A DNA stretch of 64,000 nucleotides. Source: an uncultured Chloroflexia bacterium. GTDB lineage: Bacteria; Chloroflexota; Limnocylindria; Limnocylindrales; CSP1-4. The stretch lies in NCBI GenBank assembly GCA_963749705.1, contig CAVVNQ010000006.1, positions 176,650 through 240,649 on the forward strand. Reading direction: 5' to 3'. A program made the translations under genes and the position numbers. Shown here in pieces: positions 60,770 through 64,000 of the stretch. The stretch's first letter is position 1; every line of letters begins with the position of its first letter. The notes beneath the pieces are model-generated. The model was not told where the DNA came from and did no database searches. It worked only from the letters and a program-made list of their open reading frames with translations.

Positions 60770-61942
60770 TTATGGAGTATTGTGCCCGATGTCCGTGATG
60801 CGGCTCGCCCTCGAGGGGTACGCGTTGCTGCCGCACAGGTACGACCACGTCTGAAGGCTGTAGACCGTCTTCTTGATGTAGTTCGAGGTCGTCGAGTAGT
60901 TGGTGTTTACGGAGAGCCCGATCCCGATAATGCTGGACGATTTGACCCCGCCCGAGAGCGCGTAGGCGCTGTAGGACGAGTCCTCTCGCTTCCAGACCCC
61001 GGCGCCGACGTATGCGCAATTGGCGCTGCTCCATTTGCCCTGGTACGAGATGGAGACCGTCTTCGCGCCGCCCGTCGGGCCATCCGGGTACATGTCGTAT
61101 TCCCATGTGCAGGAGTAGTACCACTTGCCGTAGGCCATCTCGACATCGTACTCGCGGTAGAGCGTGCTCGGGGTGGGCGTCCACGAGTAGCCCGCGGTCG
61201 TCGTATGCGTTCCGCTCTCGGACCAGGTCGAGCCAAGAGTCACGCCAACCCCGACGGTGACCGAGTGGCTAGAGGAGAGCTCGACCCATCCGGTCGAGGT
61301 GGAGTAGTACGGCCAGGTCTCGGCGACGCGCGTCCAGAACTTGTACGTCCCCACGCGGGTGCCGTCGCAGTAGTGGATGAGGGGGGTGACACTTGCGGTC
61401 GAGTCCGCGGTCGTGGATACCGTGCCGTGGAGCGGAAGCAGCGCCCGCACGTCGATCGAAGCCGGAGCCGCAATCGACGCCTCTGCGGCAGCCTGCTCCC
61501 GGTCAGGTGTGCCAAGCTGGGCGGAGAAATGCACCGTCGCCATCCCATCGCCGGTCCAGCCCAAGACGTCGACGTCAGCCTGCCCGGTGTCACTCAGATA
61601 ACCGTCGGGGAGGAGCGTCGGGTCGAGCCGGACTTGAAACCGCCCGCTTCCGTCGGTGCGCGCCCACCCGACGGTGGGGAACTTGACCAATTCGCCGACC
61701 GGCACGCGACGCAGGACCTGCTCGGTCGGCCAGGCCAGCAGGGCGACCCAGCCCGATGCAATCGCGCCGTCGCCGCCGGTCAGCCTGCCGGACGCAACGA
61801 TCGGGCCATGAGTGGCGCGGTGGAAAACGGCAGTGTCGAGGCCGACCGGGACGGATGCCGGCGACTCCGACGCCTGGGTGACGGATGGAGCGCCGGCGAG
61901 TACCAGCGCGACGACCATGATCATTGCGACACGGTGTCGCAT
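60770..61942 (-). CDS. Hypothetical secreted beta-rich protein
   Basis: Signal peptide MRHRVAMIMVVALVLAGAPSVTQA; ARTDGSGRF prealbumin-like motif; Ser/Thr/Tyr-rich C-terminal half. Confidence 0.7.
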   Translation of the reverse strand: MRHRVAMIMVVALVLAGAPSVTQASESPASVPVGLDTAVFHRATHGPIVASGRLTGGDGAIASGWVALLAWPTEQVLRRVPVGELVKFPTVGWARTDGSGRFQVRLDPTLLPDGYLSDTGQADVDVLGWTGDGMATVHFSAQLGTPDREQAAAEASIAAPASIDVRALLPLHGTVSTTADSTASVTPLIHYCDGTRVGTYKFWTRVAETWPYYSTSTGWVELSSSHSVTVGVGVTLGSTWSESGTHTTTAGYSWTPTPSTLYREYDVEMAYGKWYYSCTWEYDMYPDGPTGGAKTVSISYQGKWSSANCAYVGAGVWKREDSSYSAYALSGGVKSSSIIGIGLSVNTNYSTTSNYIKKTVYSLQTWSYLCGSNAYPSRASRITDIGHNTP

Positions 61943-62278
61943 CAGACAGCCCCCTTTCCGGCGCCCGCGAAGCTGCTCCGTTTCGCGGTAGCGCCCCGTG
62001 CATGTCATTGGCGCCGCTCAGTTGTCCCGTCGCACCTCCCCCGCTCGCCCCCGGATGACACGCTCCTCACACCGATATCGCCCCAGCCGCGCCCGTCCGT
62101 TCGGGACGGCAACCCGTGTGGCGGTCAAGGTCGTGGCAGCCCGGCCGCGGCACAAGGGCGCGTGTCGCCATGGAGTGCGGCACGAGTCTCGAACAAGAGG
62201 GACGTGGTTCGCAGTTGCAGCTGTATTCGTGGCGGCGGGGGCGTAGCCGCGCAGGACAGCCATCCGCGAGATGCTTCA

Positions 62279-62986
62279 CTAAGTTGCGGTCACCCGGGCG
62301 TGCCAGGAGATGTCGCGGGCAGGATCTCGGGCGATCGCCTGCAAGCGAATGGCGTCAACCAAGATGAAACGGCCGCGGCGGTGCTGGACAAGTCCGGCCT
62401 GAGCCAGGATGCGAACCTCATTGCCGACCCGCTTGCGCGAGGCACCGATCATCGCGGCAAGCTCTTCCTCGCTGAGGCGCACCTCGAGCGGCTCGCCTGC
62501 GGGGCTGAGATCGAGGAGCATGCCGGCGACGCGCTGCAGGACGCTGCCGCGGATGCTCCCGATCTCGATCTCGGTGTCCTCGAGCCGGCGATCGATTTCA
62601 GCGGCAATGGCCATCGCCAACGCCACGTCTCGGCAGGCCATGTCGACCAGCCGATGGGCGTCGATGTCGAGAAAGACGACATCCGTGATCGCCTGCACGC
62701 TGAGCTGGTTGCGGCGCCCGAGGAGGGCCCTTATGCCGACTGCGGCGCCCACCCCGACCCGCCGCAGCGTCACCTCGGAGCCGTCGATCCGGGTGGTGAA
62801 GGCGCGAGCGAGGCCGGACACGACGAGCCCGCACCGCTGCGGCTGGGCCTGATTGATGAACACACGCCCGGCGGGGATCTCGCGGAGCCGTTGGCCCTGC
62901 GTAAGAGCCTCGACCGACGCGCGATCGATCTCGGCCAAGAAACTGGCGTCCAGCGCCGCGCGAGCGATTGGATCGCTGAGCGTCAA
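62279..62986 (-). CDS. Crp/Fnr-family transcriptional regulator
   Basis: cNMP-binding fold (GLVVSG..DGSEVTL) and HTH SEEELAAMIGASRKRV; TTG start at 62986. Confidence 0.85.
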   Translation of the reverse strand: MTLSDPIARAALDASFLAEIDRASVEALTQGQRLREIPAGRVFINQAQPQRCGLVVSGLARAFTTRIDGSEVTLRRVGVGAAVGIRALLGRRNQLSVQAITDVVFLDIDAHRLVDMACRDVALAMAIAAEIDRRLEDTEIEIGSIRGSVLQRVAGMLLDLSPAGEPLEVRLSEEELAAMIGASRKRVGNEVRILAQAGLVQHRRGRFILVDAIRLQAIARDPARDISWHARVTAT

Positions 62987-63144
62987 TGCGGCCCCCCACG
63001 TCCCAAGTGGGGGTACCTGGCGTCCCCCCGGTGCACGGTCATCTTGTCTCAGTGTTGATATATACGCAATGCTTAGCTCAATTGAAAGTTGACTCTGATT
63101 GCCGCGTGCTCTATCCAAGCAGCCGCGGACGAGAGTGTTGGGAC

Positions 63145-63790
63145 AGCTTCCGCGTATGCGTTCGCATTCGGTGCCTGGATCGGCGTACGGATTACCCGCA
63201 TGACCTCCGAGCGCAGGACCGCGTCGAACGGCCCAGTCAACTTCGCGTCGCGGTCGCGGATCAGCAACCGGACCCCCGGCGAGCGTCCATCGAGCGCGAT
63301 GGCAAGGTTCCGCGCCTGCTGGGTCACCCACGCCGAGTCCGGGTGAATCGTTGATGGACTGATGTGGATCTGCCGGCTCGCGAGCTCGATGAACACGAGG
63401 ACGTATGGCGTCCGGGGCCAAGCGGTCTCCACGGTGAAGAAGTCGCACGCGATGATCCCGTGCGCCCGGGCCCGGAGAAACTCGGCCCAGGTGGGGCCGG
63501 TCCGCCGCGGTGCGGGCCCAGCTCGCGCAGTTCGGAGCAAGGTCCTTATCGTCGTGGCGCTGATGCGGATCCCGAGCTTGCGCAGCTCGCCCTTGATCCG
63601 GACGCAACCCCAGCGCGGGTTCTCCCGGGCGAGTCGCAGGATGAGCGCACGGACCTCAGGATCGATCGGCGGCCGGCCAGGGCGGCCCGTCCGGCGGTAT
63701 GTCCACTTCCTCAAGCACGAGCTCGCGGTGCCAGCGCAGGAGCGTAGCCTGGGTGACGAGGAAGGCGACCCAGCGATCGCGGACACGAAC
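63145..63790 (-). pseudogene. Integrase-core (rve) transposase, frameshifted and truncated at both ends
   Basis: VTQATLLRWHREL / GRPPID..LARENPRWG..IKGEL, ACDFFTVET, LIRDRDAK, TPIQAPNANAYAE. Confidence 0.85.
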
Positions 63791-64000
63791 AGCACGCGGA
63801 TCGGGTCGGGCATAGGGGTCGTCCTCCTGGCGCGGCCCGCAGCCGCGATGGTCAAATAGGTTCCCGCGTCGCCATACCAGGCGCACCACCCGGGTCCTAG
63901 GCACCGGTGACCGCGAGACCTTGACGTGGCGAAGTCAGCGGCGGACGATCGCGAATCGCGAGGGCCGTTCGAGCGTCACCGTTGCCGACGTCCCAGCGGG

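Noticed and set aside
60440-63058. 872-aa plus-strand ORF (and 11702-13690, 53096-54631, 18598-20205 and similar)
   Set aside because: Arg/Gly/Pro-rich antisense or off-frame shadows of real genes, typical of high-GC DNA.
63050-63100. Fnr/Crp box upstream of the Crp-family gene
   Set aside because: AT-rich with a TTGAT half-site only; no proper palindrome.
1-64000. CRISPR arrays, tRNA or rRNA genes
   Set aside because: No regularly spaced repeat-spacer series or recognisable structural RNA gene found by eye; a covariance-model scan was not possible.

Overview
High-GC bacterial accessory region. The style of the lipoprotein and regulators suggests Chloroflexota or Actinomycetota (inference only). 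About 56 kb is a patchwork of catabolic operons: sugar-acid/amino-sugar enzymes, a Mo-hydroxylase trio, hydantoinase + DUF917, a carbohydrate ABC transporter, KdgK/Eda, and a LacD/LacC/SIS/DeoR module. These are interrupted by decayed IS256, IS1380, IS21, IS30, IS3 and integrase-core transposase remnants and several gene stubs. The standout is a compact minus-strand prokaryotic ubiquitin-like operon at 56329-59232: Ubl ending KAAGVKG-MPA, E2 family D-like, an 87-aa orphan, a JAB/JAMM peptidase and a ThiF/E1. It is hidden in the ORF track by six single-base indels. It is preceded by a ~630-nt apparently non-coding leader with mutually exclusive stems and a sigma70-like promoter. Next to that promoter is a TGTGTAC-N5-TGTGTAC motif that also occurs at the first bases of the window. 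No rRNA, tRNA or CRISPR array was seen.
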